This document shows, in pieces, positions 13,020 to 26,650 of a stretch of 64,000 nucleotides of DNA. Both the position numbers and the translations under genes were made by a program. The notes beneath the pieces were generated by a model. The model ran no database searches. It saw only the letters and a list, made by a program, of their open reading frames with translations, and was not told the origin of the DNA. Origin of the DNA: Mobula hypostoma (taxonomy: Eukaryota); the NCBI RefSeq assembly GCF_963921235.1, contig NC_086097.1, positions 131,690,001 to 131,754,000 of the forward strand. The letters run 5' to 3'. Every line of letters begins with the position of its first letter. The stretch's first letter is position 1.

Positions 13020-13240
13020 TCCCGTGCACTCTCGTTCTCACAGTGGAGGGCATATAAAAAGCTCATTAACCCACCAGCCTGCGCGTTGTTGGGAAGTGCG
13101 AGCAAACTGGATTACCTGGAAAATATTAAAAAAAACACACTCTCAGGGAGAACACGTAAGCTCCCTTCCAGAAGTAAGGATTCAACCTGAGTTGCTGAAG
13201 CTCTAAGACAGCAGCTCTACCAACTGTCACTGTACCATCC
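13020..13240 (-). mobile_element. tRNA-derived SINE (V-SINE/HE1-like), decayed
   Basis: Reverse complement resembles the copy at 37980-38270 (B-box GGTTGAATCC, TGTTCTCCCTG). Confidence 0.6.
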
Positions 13241-14394
13241 ATTGATATATTCATAGCTCAGAATAATGTGTAACTTTAGGGGACTGTAGGTGGTGATGTT
13301 CCGACACACCTCCTGTACTTACCCTTTGGTGGGTAGCACTATCAGTTTGATTTACTGTATACTAATATTTCTGAAGCACAATGATGTCCCTCTTCCCAAA
13401 TTTAAATCCTTGTGGAACTTAAATCTCTGAATGATCAAGTTAAAATTCTATTTTAAAATATTTTTGTCTCTTTGTTAATATTTGTAAATTATTCATTTAG
13501 GTTGTTTTAAATTAAGAGCTTGTTACAGATTTTTCCTGATTGTTCCTGATCTCTAAAAGTTGAGTAGCTTTATTGAGAGGAAAATATTGGGACTATAGCA
13601 ACGATCTTGTGTACTGCCTCTCAATTTCTAGCTAAAAGACAATTATCAGCACCAGGAATAGTAATTTCCATGAAATTAAGCATTATTATGATTACCATTT
13701 TGTAGAGAACAGTCAGTCTGGGAGGTCATTTTGCCAAAGATTTTCCAGTTGCTGACTGCTGTGTTGACAGCTGGCATCAGACCCTTGTGCATTCAGACTC
13801 TGAGACAATGTCAGACAGAGCTCTCTACTGGAGGAGGTTTCCGTGAATACATGAACAAACCAATTAGTTTCCAGCGAGAAGCGGCAATGACAACCATCTC
13901 ATTTCACCTTAACAATCAATGCATCACACATGGGACGTGTCATCAGAAAGGGTGGGGGGTGGGGGGAGATTTGTAGAACAAACACATATAGAACAAACTG
14001 GTAGGGTTAGTCCAACTGACTTGCTGAGGGTAGTTACCAGCACATTAAACTTGTTTGTCAGTTTAATGTGCTGTAATTGTTGGAACATGCCCAAAAAGCC
14101 AGACTATATGAATAGATCTGGATATATTTCATGCAAAGTGAGCAAACAATTCAAAAAGGAAAAGATTCTTGGTAAAGCTGATGGAAGCAGGAAGGCAGGC
14201 AGACTCTGCACAAGTAGAAAGTTCAGGAAAGAAGCCCTCACGGTGTTCCTGAAGCTGGTAGGTTGCCTGGTGAGAGATGATTCAGCTGCTCATTGGGATT
14301 TGAGGACTGGAAGTTAATCCACTGATCTGGAAATACCATCAGAATTTGATAAGTTTATTCATTTTTCTGGAAGTGATATCACAACCGGGTACTG

Positions 14395-14600
14395 CTGTTA
14401 CTACTGTTAAGGACATCTACAAGAAGAGATGTCTCAGGAAGGCAACATCCGTGATTAAGAACTCGGTTCAACTGGGCTATAACCACTTCTCAATACCGCC
14501 AACAGGCAGGAAGTATGGGAAGTTAAAAGACCCACAACTCAAAGTTCAACCACCATGACAGCTTCTTCCCCACTGCCATCAGGTTCTTGAACTAACCCGA
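14395..14600 (+). mobile_element. Rex1/Babar-like LINE C-terminal fragment
   Basis: DIYKKRCLRKATSVIKN...F...PTGRKY, then SFFPTAIRFLN. Confidence 0.7.
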
Positions 14601-15104
14601 AAAACCATACTGTAATTTCCTTCTCCCTCAACTTGCACTAATGTTGTTATAATAATAATAATATTATTATTAATAACAAAAAACATCAACGAAAACAGGA
14701 TTCAGCACTGCACACATGCGTCTGCAATTCTGATAAGAGGTCAAGTCAAGTTTATTGTCATTTAACAATATATATCTACCGTATAGCGTCAGCCGAGTTA
14801 ACATTTCTCTGAGCCGGGGTGTAAAGCATAGGAGTACATATGTGAGGTGGGGTGAGGTGAGGGCCTCTGTCGGTCAGAGATGACGATGGATATTCCATCC
14901 TAGCTGTCTAGATGCACAAGCCTGGGCAGTACGATATGGACAGCAAGCTGTCGCACATGTAGCAAGCTCCCCCTCTCCACCAGGAGCATAGTTCAAAAAG
15001 AGCTGACCTGCCAATGATCTTTTGAGGGAGATTGTTTAAGCTTAAAAGACCCGAGAGCTTGATCACGATTATAAAGTGAAAGCAATTCTGTGATGTACTC
15101 TGCT

Positions 15105-16255
15105 TGCAGACCATTAAAAGCTTTTAAAGCAAGCAAGAGAACCTTAAAATAAATTCTAAAAGATACAGGAAGCTATTGTAGAGTAGTTAGGATGGGAGTA
15201 ATATGCTCCCTTATCCTGGTTTTAGATGAAAGTCTAGCAGCATTCTGAATGAGTTGAAGTTTGTCAATAGATTGCCTTGGAAGGCCAGTAAAAAGTGCAT
15301 TGCAGTAATCTAGTCTATTTTGAATTAAAGGTGTGAATGAGATTTTTCAGCATCATTACATGATAGAAATAGATAGGTGTAGAAATACTGCTCTAGCCAC
15401 TTTCTTTATGAACAATTTAAAATTCAAATCTGAATCAAGGATAACATCCAGGTGTGTTACTTTTGATTTTACGAGGGGCGACAAGTTCTCAAGTTTATTA
15501 AGAAGTTTCTCACTTTTGGCTTTGAGACCATCCAAAAGTGTTTCAGTTTTATCTTCATTTAGTTTTAGGAAATTATTGCTATTTATTTATTGCAGCCATA
15601 CTAGAGGTTAGAGAAGGTGGGGTCTTATCATCATCATCAGGCTCAACTGAGATATATTAGGGTGTCATCTGCATAATTGTGGAAATCAGGTTTTTGCTCT
15701 CTAATGTCTAATAATGTCTCCTAAAAGGAGCATGTATAAGGAAAAGAGTAGGACACCAAGACTGCTTCCCTAAGCAACACCAAAAGGTATTTTGTATCTT
15801 AGAAATCTGGTCTCCAAGTCAACCAAAAAAAAAAATTCTCTCTGAGCAAAACCAATTAAAGGCACTACCAGAGAGGCCAACCCATTTCTGAAGGTGATCT
15901 AGGAGAATGTTGTGGTCAATAGTGTTGAAGACAGCAGTTATATCTGGTAGAATTAGAACTGAAACTTGGTTGACATTAGTAATGAGCCAAAGGTTGCAGT
16001 CAATTTTGGTAAGGGCAATCTCCATGCTGTGGTTTACTCTAAAACCTAACTGAAACTTTTCTAGAATATTGCTCTCATTCAGAAAGTTGTTGAGTTGGTT
16101 GAAAATTATTTTCTTAAGAATCTTGCACAGGAGGGGAAGATCTGATATAGGCCTGTAGTTACTTAGTACCTCACTCACAATGTTTGGCTTTTTAAAAAGG
16201 GTTTTGACAGCTACAATTTTGAAGGCATCTGGAAAAACTCCAGTTTCAGAGGATG
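15105..16255 (-). mobile_element. L2-clade LINE RT fragment (decayed)
   Basis: NYRPISDLPLLCKILKK...FQLGFRVNHSMEIAL...AVFNTIDHNILL...GLSGSAFNWF; YADDT (GTGTCATCTGCATA, 15662-15675); SRLDYCNAL further on. Confidence 0.9.
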
Positions 16256-16721
16256 TTTTAATTATGTTTGTTTATGTTTATGTTTATTTGAGTTTGTCAT
16301 GTAAGTTTTGTAAAACTTATACTTGTCATGTTTGTAATGTGCTGTGCTTCTGCTGTATAAAGCTAACATATATTGCACTTATACCCTTGAACATGAAATG
16401 ACAAGCACAGCATTTATTCCCTGTTGCTAACTACCCATAAAAAGGTGATGGTGAGCTGCCTTCTGGAACTGCCACAGTCCTTCTAGTGGATGTTGCTGAG
16501 GAGGGAGTTCCAGGATATAGACCCAAAACAGAAAAAGATCAACAATACCTTTTCATGTCAAGGAGGTGTGTATCTTCTGGGAGGACAGTGGTGAGCTGGG
16601 GGTTGGAATCCAGAGGTTGTTCCCACATACTTTTGCTCCTGTTGTCCTTCTTTAGAGGAGACATTGCGGTTTTTAGAGGGGCTCTCAGAGTAGCCTATTT
16701 GAGCCAAAACTGAGGTAACTG

Positions 16722-16955
16722 TAAATGCTGGAAATCTGAAATGAATACAAACATTGCTGGAAATACTCAGTGTGTGTGGAAAGAGAAACAGCTGACATTT
16801 TAGATATGGGACCTGCGTTATTTCTGAAAACTGGGAACTGAAAAAAATTTACTGGGATCTGATGAAGGACTCTGCATCTGTAATATCATCTGTTTTGCTC
16901 TCAATGGGCACTGTCTGACCTCTCCACCAATTTCTGTTTTTACTTTTGCTTCAAC
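16722..16955. repeat. Fold-back pair of Penelope 3'-repeat derivatives
   Basis: Minus-strand tail (AATGCTGGAAATCTG...) followed by a plus-strand copy beginning CTGATGAAGG at 16859. Confidence 0.6.
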
Positions 16956-18054
16956 GAGTAACTTCCAAATGCACACTCTGCAACCACTGAAATAAAAAAA
17001 ATAAAACTATTTCTATTCCTCTCTGCACAGATGCTACCTGATATATTGAGTTTGTGTTTGTATTTCCGTGGTTGGTATTTACTGATATAGATGTTACCCA
17101 TTTTTTAAGTGTGATATTCTTGCAGAACATCAAAGAACATATTTTTCAATGTAAAAATCTAAAATTGGAAAGGCCAGTCACAAACATCTTGCAATGTATT
17201 CTTTTCTCTTTATTCTGGATATTTCCACATTTATTGCTACTAAGAAAAGGATGAGCTATTGTATTGGGTGCTTACAGTACATTCCTTTTAATCACAAGTC
17301 TCATATACATCTTAAGACAATATATTGTACCTCTGGTATGATAAATTCCTATGTCAGCAATTTTTCAAAAATGTAGTTAACTTGCAGTGAAAAGGAAAAT
17401 GATATTTTAGTATATTTCTGCCAGGAAAATCTAGTATTGAAAATAAAACATGACAATAATGACAAAAATGTTGACATTAACAAACCAATAATAATGTTAC
17501 TGTTGAAGAGAATCAACACTTAGTAAAGTGTAGAGATCTCAAATATACCACATGGGATTGCACAGGGACGTGATTGATGATATTACAATATTAATGTAAA
17601 TGTGGTACTTATATTTATTATTAATTTTTAATCACACTTTCAGACTGCTGACCTGTTATATGTCCCTGGTGGTTCTGCTTTAAACCAAAGATGTGTAAAT
17701 CCCTTTTCTAACCCATTTCTCCTCTCCATCCACATTCCTTTTCAAGATGTCCCTGAAAACTAGCGTTTGACTAAACTTTTGACCATCTATACGAATATAT
17801 CTTGGCAACTACATAAATGTTAATGGTGGGATTATGTGCCACCATCATATGTGACAGATATATAAATTTGGAGCAGGAGCTGGCTACAAGGCCCTTGGGC
17901 CTGTTCCTCTAATTAATGATTATCATAGTTGATTTGCACTCTTGTGTACCCGTACAAGCATTTTACCACTTGGTTCTTGACAATCTAACTAATTTTGCCT
18001 CAAAGGTATTTGATAGCTTTGCTTCAAATGACGTTTGATAAAGAAATTGAGAAA

Positions 18055-18520
18055 GATTTACAAGGATACTGCCAGGACTGAATTATAAGGAGAGGTTTGG
18101 CAGGCTAGGACTTTATTCCTTGGAGAGTGGGAGACAAGGAGGTGATCATATTGTGGTGTATAAAATCATGAGAAACTGAGATTGGATGACTGCACTCATT
18201 CTTTTTTCCAGGTTTGAGGAATCAAAAACTAGAAGGCATAGGCTTAAGATCAGAGGGGAAAGGTGTAATATATACTCAAGGGGCAACTTTTTAACGCAAA
18301 GGGTGGTACATATGTGGAACAAGTTGCCAGAGTAAGTGGTTGAGGCAGATACAAAACAAGTTTTAAAAGACACTTGGACAAGTACATGGATAGGAAATGT
18401 TTAACGGGATGTGGATCAAATGCTAGCAAAATGGGGGCTAGCTTGGATGGGAATCTTGGGTAGCATGGACCTATTGGAGAGAAAGGCCTATCTCTGTGCT
18501 GTATGATTCTATGACTCTAC
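18055..18520 (+). mobile_element. CR1 3' fragment
   Basis: RFTRILPG...LGLYSLE...NFLTQRVVHMWNKLP; TATGATTCTATGACTCTA tail. Confidence 0.85.
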
Positions 18521-18546
18521 AAAGCGCTTTGTCCAAGTTGCAGATC

Positions 18547-18645
18547 AGTTCTGATGAAAGGTCACAGACCCAAGTGCTTACCTTTCCACAGATGCTGCCA
18601 GACTGGCTGAGTTTTTCCAACATTTTCTCTTTCTGTTGCAATTTC
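18547..18645 (+). repeat. Penelope 3'-repeat derivative with partial hammerhead
   Basis: CTGATGA at 18551-18557 and hairpin GGTC-ACA-GACC; GAAA box lost; followed by GATGCTGCCAGACTGGCTGAG. Confidence 0.65.
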
Positions 18646-19968
18646 ATTTCCTGAAATAGCACTGACTATTGAAGTTCAACTGAATTTTGCAATTCCAATT
18701 ATTTTTTTTTTGTCATTTTATCTAATTTGCCTTCCATCCTATCACAATTCATAAATCCTCCTTTGCCCCATTTCTGCACATTAAAACTAGTTTCTCTTGA
18801 TTTTTTTCCCGCAGTTTTGTTGGACACCAGCTTTGTTGCTCTCTCTGTGCTGACTTGCTGAGTGTTCTCATTTCAATTTTCTAGTATCTACAATGTTTTT
18901 CTTTTGGATTTCTTCTGATTTCTTTTCCCCCTGGAGTTTGGTATGCTCACAGTTTAGTATTGGATCATGCTTAGGGATCAAAAGGACAAAGTCAGAAAAA
19001 CTGTGGAAAAATGATTTGCTTCCTCCTTTCAGTGCTGTTCTGTATCTGTTAGAAACAAGGATATGATAAGTAAGGATGGGGACTTTAGTGTGCATGTATG
19101 TAGTAATATATTGCTGAGAGCAGATGAAAGAATGGAATTATAATTATGGTTTTATGATCTTGCAATATTTCAATGCCAGCAATCTGACAATACAGAGTCA
19201 GTGCAAAGATGATAAGGGTATATAAGTTGAAGAACAACAGGAAAGCTCCCTGATCTTCTTTAAATCTTTTACATCAACCGAATAGATTCTCTTCTCTCTT
19301 GACCATTTCTCTGACTGCTATGCTCCCACATTTTGACAATATATATCAGATAATTGAGGTTAAAGATCATGACAACATGGTCAGTGGTTGAACTGCTTTC
19401 ACTTATGCAGAATTTCAGATCAATTAGACTGATTAAATTTTGCTGTGATTGGAGTCTTATTGTTGTTTTATGCCATCACTTATAATTGCCTCTCGAAAAG
19501 GCTTACAATTGCCTGACTGCAATCCTCAGACTTTTGCATGTTTATACTGAAACGTGATAGCCTTCCTATAGCTGTTCTGTGCCTGAGTTACAAGGATCCT
19601 GTCTGTAGAGAATCTGATTGATATTTCAGGAGGTGCAATCTTCTCTTGTCTCCTTTCTCAGATGGATGTGGATGAACGGATGGAGATACAACCAGTCCGG
19701 GTGGCCTAGACAGGAAATGTTGACCATTCATTTCCCTCCATAGCTTGCTTCCTGGCCCTTTAAGTTCCTCAAGTGTTTCGTGTATCAGTGGATGAGTACT
19801 TGCTTGGGAGAACATGGAAGAAAGTTCTCTCTGGTATCCTGTTCAATATTTATGCCTCAATTAACAATACCAAAAGCTAATAATCTGGTTGAACTTTTAT
19901 AGCAGAAAGAAGGTCATTCAATCTATTATGTTGTACTGCTCTCTGCAAGACAACTTCTTAAGCAGCAA

Positions 19969-21936
19969 ACAACAGGAATTCTGCAGATGCTGGAAATTCA
20001 AGCAACACACATCAAAGTTGCTGGTGAACGCAGCAGACCAGGCAGCATCTCCAGGAAGAGGTACAGTCGACGTTTCAGGCCGAGACCCTTCATCAGGACT
20101 AACTGAAGGAAGAGTGAGTAAGGGATTTGAAAGCTGGAGGGGGAGGGGGAGATGCAAAATGATAGGGGAAGACAGGAGGGGGAGGGATAGAGCCAAGAGC
20201 TGGACAGGTGATAGGCAAAAGGGGATACGAGAGGATCATGGGACAGGAGGTTTGGGAAGAAAGACAAGGGGGGGGGTGACCCAGAGGATGGGCAAGAGGT
20301 ATATTCAGAGGGACAGGGGGAGAAAAAGGAGAGTGAGAGAAAGAATGTGTGCATAAAAATGAGTAACAGATGGGGTACGAGGGGGAGGTGGGGCCTTAGC
20401 GGAAGTTAGAGAAGTCAATGTTCATGCCATCAGGTTGGAGGCTACCCAGACGGAATATAAGGTGTTGTTCCTCCAACCTGAGTGTGGTTTCATCTTTACA
20501 GTAGAGGAGGCTGTGGATAGACATGTCAGAATGGGAATGGGATGTGGAATTAAAATGTTTGGCCACTGGGAGATCCTGCTTTCTCTGGCGGACAGAGCGT
20601 AGATGTTCAGCAAAGTGGTCTCCCAGTCTGCGTCAGGTCTCACCAATATGTAAAAGGCCACATCGGGAGCACCGGACGCAGTATATCACCCCAGTCGACT
20701 CACAGGTGAAGTGATGCCTCACCTGGAAGGACTGTTTGGGGCCCTGAATGGTGGTAAGGGAGGAAGTGTAAGGGCATGTGTAGCACTTGTTCTGCTTACA
20801 CGGATAAGTGCCAGGAGGGAGATCAGTGGGGAGGGATGGGGGGGACGAATGGACAAGGGAGTTGTGTAGGGAGCGATCCCTGCGGAATGCAGGGGGGGGG
20901 GAGGGAAAGATGTGCTTAGTGGTGGGATCCCGTTGGAGGTGGCGGAAGTTACGGAGAATAATATGTTGGACCCGGAGGCTGGTAGGGTGGTAGGCGAGGA
21001 CCAGGGGAACCCTATTCCTAGTGGGGTGGTGGGAGGATGGAGTGAGAGCAGATGTACGTGAAATGGGGGAGATGCGTTTAAGAGCAGAGTTGATAGTGGA
21101 GGAAGGGAAGCCCATTTCTTTAAAAAATGAAGACATCTCCCTCGTCCTAGAATGAAAAGCCTCATCCTGAGAGCAGATGCGGCGGAGACGGAGGAATTGC
21201 GAGAAGGGGATGGCATTTTTGCAAGAGACAGGGTGAGAAGAGGAATAGTCCAGATAGCTGTGAGAGTCAGTAGGCTTATAGTAGACATCAGTGGATAAGC
21301 TGTCTCCAGAGACAGAGACAGAAAGATCTAGAAAGGGGAGGGAGGTGTCGGAAATGGACCAGGTAAACTTGAGGGCAGGGTGAAAGTTGGAGGCAAAGTT
21401 AATAAAGTCAACGAGTTCTGCATGCGTGCAGGAAGTAGCGCCAATGCAGTCGTCGATGTAGCGAAGGAAAAGTGGGGGACAGATACCAGAATAGGCACGG
21501 AACATAGATTGTTCCACAAACCCAACAAAAAGGCAGGCATAGCTAGGACCCATACGGGTGCCCATAGCTACACCTTTAGTTTGGAGGAAATGGGAGGAGC
21601 AAAAGGAGAAATTATTAAGAGTAAGGACTAATTCCGCTAGACGGAGCAGAGTGGTGGTAGAGGGGAGCTGATTAGGTCTGGGATCCAAAAAGAAGCGTAG
21701 AGCTTTGAGACCTTCCTGATGGGGGATGGAAGTATATAAGGACTGGACATCCATGGTGAAAATAAAGCGGTGGGGGCCAGGGAACTTAAAATCATCAAAA
21801 AGTTTAAGAGCGTGAGAAGTGTCACGAACATAGGTCGGAAGGGATTGAACAAGGGGTGATAAAACAGTGTCGAGGTATGCAGAAACGAGTTCGGTGGGGC
21901 AGGAGCAAGCTGAGACAATAGGTCGGCCAGGACAGG
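19969..21936 (-). mobile_element. Penelope-like element (Neptune-like), 5'-truncated young copy 2
   Basis: RT motifs MDVQSLYTSI, GVAMGTRMGPSYA, LRYIDD, FLDL, YYKPT, then linker and GIY-YIG with one CGA>TGA stop (20633-20635). 14-bp TSD TTCTTAAGCAGCAA at 19955-19968 and 21937-21950. Confidence 0.96.
20065..20100 (-). ncRNA. Minimal type I hammerhead ribozyme motif in the Penelope 3' repeat
   Basis: Reverse complement AGTC CTGATGA AGGGTCTCGGCCT GAAA CGTC GACT; differs from 3424-3459 only at the variable N7 position. Confidence 0.85.
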
Positions 21937-23869
21937 TTCTTAAGCAGCAACCTATTCTTCTTTAGGTATCCACCCAGTACCTATTTGACAGCAGCTATGA
22001 AATCTGCTTCAACCATTGTTTCAGGAAATACCTTTCAAATCATGAAACTCAATGAGTGGAAAGGTTTTCCTCAGGACCCCTTTTTTTTATTTTGTTGACT
22101 TATTTCCTCTGGGTCATTCCACCAATTGCAAAAGTTCTCTCTTTTATTTTGTGGTTATTTTACACTAGTCTATTTTGTCATCTCTCAACATTCCCTGCTA
22201 GTTCTGTTGAACAGGGAGAGCAACAGCAACGCCATTCCAAATGGTAATTGGTTTATTATTGTCTTATGTACCAAGATAGAGTGAAGAACATTGTTTTGCA
22301 TACCATCCAGACAGATTTGTCCATATTAAGTACATTGAGGTGCAACAATTCCAGTGAACTGCCCGTAGTTGTTCCAGGAAACTTCACATCCATCCAATGC
22401 CCAGAATTAAATACAAGAGTCAGTAGTGTACTAGATATGCAACATACCCTCCTCCATATTTAATGACCTTCTCAATGTAACCATTTAGCCTTTTAGAGCT
22501 TTGTGTAGATATAGGCCCTTCTCCCTCTCCTCCTGCATCTGAGGTAGTGCATTGGGCCAAACCACACTAATCCCAGCACAACTGCACCCTCCTGCCTCGT
22601 GTTAGTCTGGCAGCTGCACAATACTTTTACAGCCATGAGGTACCTTATGCACTGCTGGTGTTACTGCTTCAGCCCTTCTGTGTGATACAGTGGATCGGTG
22701 AATGACAACTAGGCTGCAATTGTCACAAAATAAGGAAACACCCTTATTCTGATGACCTCTAATCATTTGTTCACTCACTGTTTCTACACGCCTCCAATCA
22801 CTTGTTAAAATATGTCAATTTCTCATCCATTCCAAGTAGCGTCTGTTTGGACATCCCTGGGCTGGGTTAAATTTCATCTGCCTCTTGAACAGATTATTCA
22901 TATCCTCCAGAAGTCTGTTGCTAATGGGGTTTTACCACACTTCTTCAGATTTTGCACCATCTGAAAGTGTTTAAAGGTTAAGTCCAAGACGAGATCATTA
23001 ATTTAGATGTCAAGGAAAGAAGTGTTTCTGATACAGATATCTAGGGAACATGACTGCATAATGTCTTCGGTGATGAAAAGTATTAGTTTGAAGGATGCAT
23101 CTCATTTCTTGTTCTGAATCTGAGGTCTGGTGTATCCCATAATGCCTCGAGTTAAATGGCAGACACACTTCAAACTTGGCCTTGAAGCTTCCACCAGGCA
23201 TAGTAATTGCATCAGGCATGGCCCCTGTCATTGGAATAGGGTTGCTAACATACATTTGGAACAAAAACTTAGCTAATATATTTACTTTTATTTCAATGTA
23301 AATACTAAATCAGCTTACTATTGTCACATATACCAAGATACATGTAAAACTTCTGGTTGCCACACATACAGATCATTTCATTACAATTGTGCCTTGAGGT
23401 ACTACAAAGGAAAGCAACAGAATGCAGAATAAAGTGTTACAGTTACAGAAAAGGACAGTACAGGCAGATAATAATGTGCAGGGTCACAGCGAGGTAGATT
23501 TTGAGGTCTACAGTCTACTTTACTGTACAAGGCATCTGTGCGATAGTCTTATAAGAGAAGCTGTCCTTGAGCTCGATGGTAATGTTTTCATGCTTTTTTC
23601 AAAATCTTCTGCCTGATAGGGGGAACCAAAACAAAGAATATCCAGGGTGAGTGGGGCCTTTCATTGTGTTTTACCAATGCAGGTACATGTATATTGTTGA
23701 TTAATTAGCAGCAATTATACATGTTTTCATATTGCTTCATGTGCTGAAGTCATACCCGTCCTTGTTCCCTTTATTCCGTGGGCTTCACTCTGGATGGGAA
23801 GCTTACTGTGTGGCAGGTTGTCAAGTGCCATTTGAAAACCCACATACACAACATTGGCCATATTGTCAC

Positions 23870-24195
23870 AGAGTCATCGAGAAGTATAGCACAGAAACGG
23901 GCCTTTTGGCCCATCTAGTCCATGCCAGAACCATTGAAACTGCCTATTCCCATTGACCTGCATTGAGACTATAGGCCTCCATATCCCTACAATCCACGTA
24001 CTGATCCAAACTTCCCATAAACATTGAAATCAAGCTCACATGCACCACTTGTGCTGGCAGCTCGTTCACACTCTCATGATCCTCTGAGTGAAGAGGTTCT
24101 CACCTTTCAACCTTCACTTTTGACCTCGGGTTGTAGTCCCATCCAACCTCAGTGGAAAAAGCCGGCTTGCATTTACCCTATACATACCACTCATA
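23870..24195 (-). mobile_element. CR1 3' fragment
   Basis: AGCACAGAAACGGGCCTTTTGGCCCA tail signature on the minus strand; a second such fragment lies at ~24500-24700. Confidence 0.7.
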
Positions 24196-25329
24196 GGTCT
24201 TCCTCCATGGAGATGTCAAAATAAACATAAAATCTAAGAACAAAAAGCAGAATTCCCCGGAATGGATGTCCTTAACAACCTTTTCTGATATTTCATTAAC
24301 AAATTCAATACTGATATGTAATCATAAGTTCCTTAACAAGCCCATGCACCATTTTGTTATGAATTAATAGTTGTGCAATGGGCTGCCAATCTTAATCCTG
24401 ATTGGTAATCATAGCAAGCAGGTAACCAGGGGAAAATTCTTTGGTTTCTATCACATTATAATTTGTGGAAGCTTTCTATATGCAACTTAGTTATGTTTGA
24501 TACAACGTCTATGCCAACCAGTGAGCACCTATCTGTTTTAATCCTGTCTTCCAGCATTTGGACTGTCACTTCCATGCCTGGGTGATTCAAGCGCTCAACT
24601 AGAGACTTCTTAAATGCCATCGTTAACTCTGCTTTCAGCACCCTCTCAGGCAGAGCATTCCAGGTACTCAGCACTTTCTGAGTGATAAAGGTCCCCCTTT
24701 GATAGTAGTAAAGTAATTTGGGGCTTCTTGTGCTTATGACATGGTCTTTAGCACTACAAGCTTTTCTTTGTGGAGATGTCAAAATAAACGTACAATCAAA
24801 AAAAAATGAAAAGCAGAATTCCCTGAAAAGGTAACACACATCACTGGCGTTGTACTGTTAGCCTAACAGTGCCAGCTAGGCAGTGTAATTGGTGAGTAAT
24901 TCAGAGGATTTGCATTTTAAAATATTACAGCTCTAATGAGTCTGAGGAGCACTATACTCTTACGTAGTTTGGCTCTGCAACAACACCAGCTCCACTGTCT
25001 ACAAGTAACTGTTCACACGTGGCTGTGGAGATGTTATAGAGGAAAGCAATGGCATTTGGAAGAGCATGAATTGACTGCAGCACTAAACTGACCAGGATAT
25101 ACATCCCTGTTTAATGTTAGAAGTCCATATAATAGTAGGGATCTTGCCTCAACAATACTTTGATCTGTCCACTGCCTTTCTCTCCTTGCGCTCTAATTTG
25201 CAATATCAACAAACCAGGCACGTCCAGTTTGTTGATACCATCAAATTCAGTAACTACCTTGTGTCCATATTTGACTCATACTAAGAGAGTAATCATATTC
25301 GCCCATTAGTTATCCCCAAAATCTATCCT

Positions 25330-25570
25330 ACCTACTTTCTTCCGAACACACTCCCAGATTACACACAAGAGGTAATTTACAGTGGCCAGTTAATGCTCCC
25401 CACCTGTGTGTTTTTGAGATGTGGGAGGAAATTGGAGCAGCCAAAGGAAATCTATGTAGTCACAGCAGGAATGTTCCAACTTTTCACAGACATCACCCAT
25501 TGTTGGTATTGAGCCGAGATCACTTGTGCTGTGAGGCAACGGCTTGACCAGCTGCTCATCTGCCCACCTG
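25330..25570 (-). mobile_element. tRNA-derived SINE (V-SINE/HE1-like), decayed
   Basis: GATGTGGGAGGAAATTGGAGCAGCCAAAGGAAATCTATGTAGTCACAG is the reverse complement of the SINE body at 38060-38120. Confidence 0.65.
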
Positions 25571-25577
25571 TGCCTCA

Positions 25578-26650
25578 GAGATGTCCTCCTTCTTCATATA
25601 ATGGGGATTACCTTCCTCCACCATTGATGCTATCCTCCACCCGCATCTCCATTTCTGGGACATCTGTGCTTACCCCATCTTCCCGCAGCCGTAACAGGGA
25701 TAGAGTTCCTCTTGCCTTTAACACACTTGAGCCTCCACATCCAGCACATCGTTCTCCGCAACTTCTGCCATCTTCAATGGAACACAACCACCAAACACAT
25801 CTTTACCCACCAGGGATCGCTCCCTCTGTGATTCCCTTGTCCATCTGTAGCTCCCTGCTAATCGCTTTCCTGGCACTGAACCCTGCAAGCGGAAGAAGTG
25901 CGACATCCGGCTATTCACCTCCCCCCTCACCATTCAGGGTCTGAAACAGTCTTTCCAGATGAGGCAACACTTCATCTGAGAATCTGTTGGGGTCATCAAC
26001 TAACTCAGTGCAACCAATGTGGCTGCCTCTACATTGGTGAGACCTGACATAGATTGGGAGACCACTTTGACAAGCACTATTGTTCCATCTGCAAAAAGCA
26101 GGATTTCCTGGTGGCAAACCATTTTCATTCCAATTCCTATTCCTGTCCCAACATGTTGGTCCATAGCCTCCTCTTCTGCCATAATGAGGCCACTCTCAGG
26201 TTGGAGGACCAATACCTCAGATTCTGTCTCGGTAGCCTCCAACCTGATGGCATGAACATTGATTTCTCCAATTCTCAGCATTTTCTACCTTCCTCTTCCC
26301 TCTTCTCCAATTCCCCACTCTGCTCCCCCACCTGCCTATCACCTTCCCCGGTGCCCCTCCTCCTTCCCTTTCTCCTATCGTCCACTCTCCTTTCCTATCA
26401 GTTTCTTCTTCTCTGGCCCATCCTATCACCTATCACTTCCCAGCTTTTTACTTCATCCACCTTCCCCACCCTTGGGGCTTCACCAATCACCTTCTAGCTT
26501 GTACTGCTTCGCATTCCCCTGCCTATTTCTGGAATCTTGCCCCTTCTTTTCCAGTCCTGATGAATGGTCTTGGCCTGAAACATTGACTGTTTGTTCATTT
26601 CCATTGGTGCTGCCCAGCTTGATGATTTGCCCCAGCATTTTGTGTGTGTA
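25578..26650 (+). mobile_element. Older Penelope-like element 3' portion
   Basis: Frameshifted homolog of 2380-3520 (LVANHFHSNS...LRLEDQYLRFCLGSLQPDGMNIDFS). Hammerhead AGTC CTGATGA ATGGTCTTGGCCT GAAA CATT GACT at 26553-26588. Confidence 0.9.
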
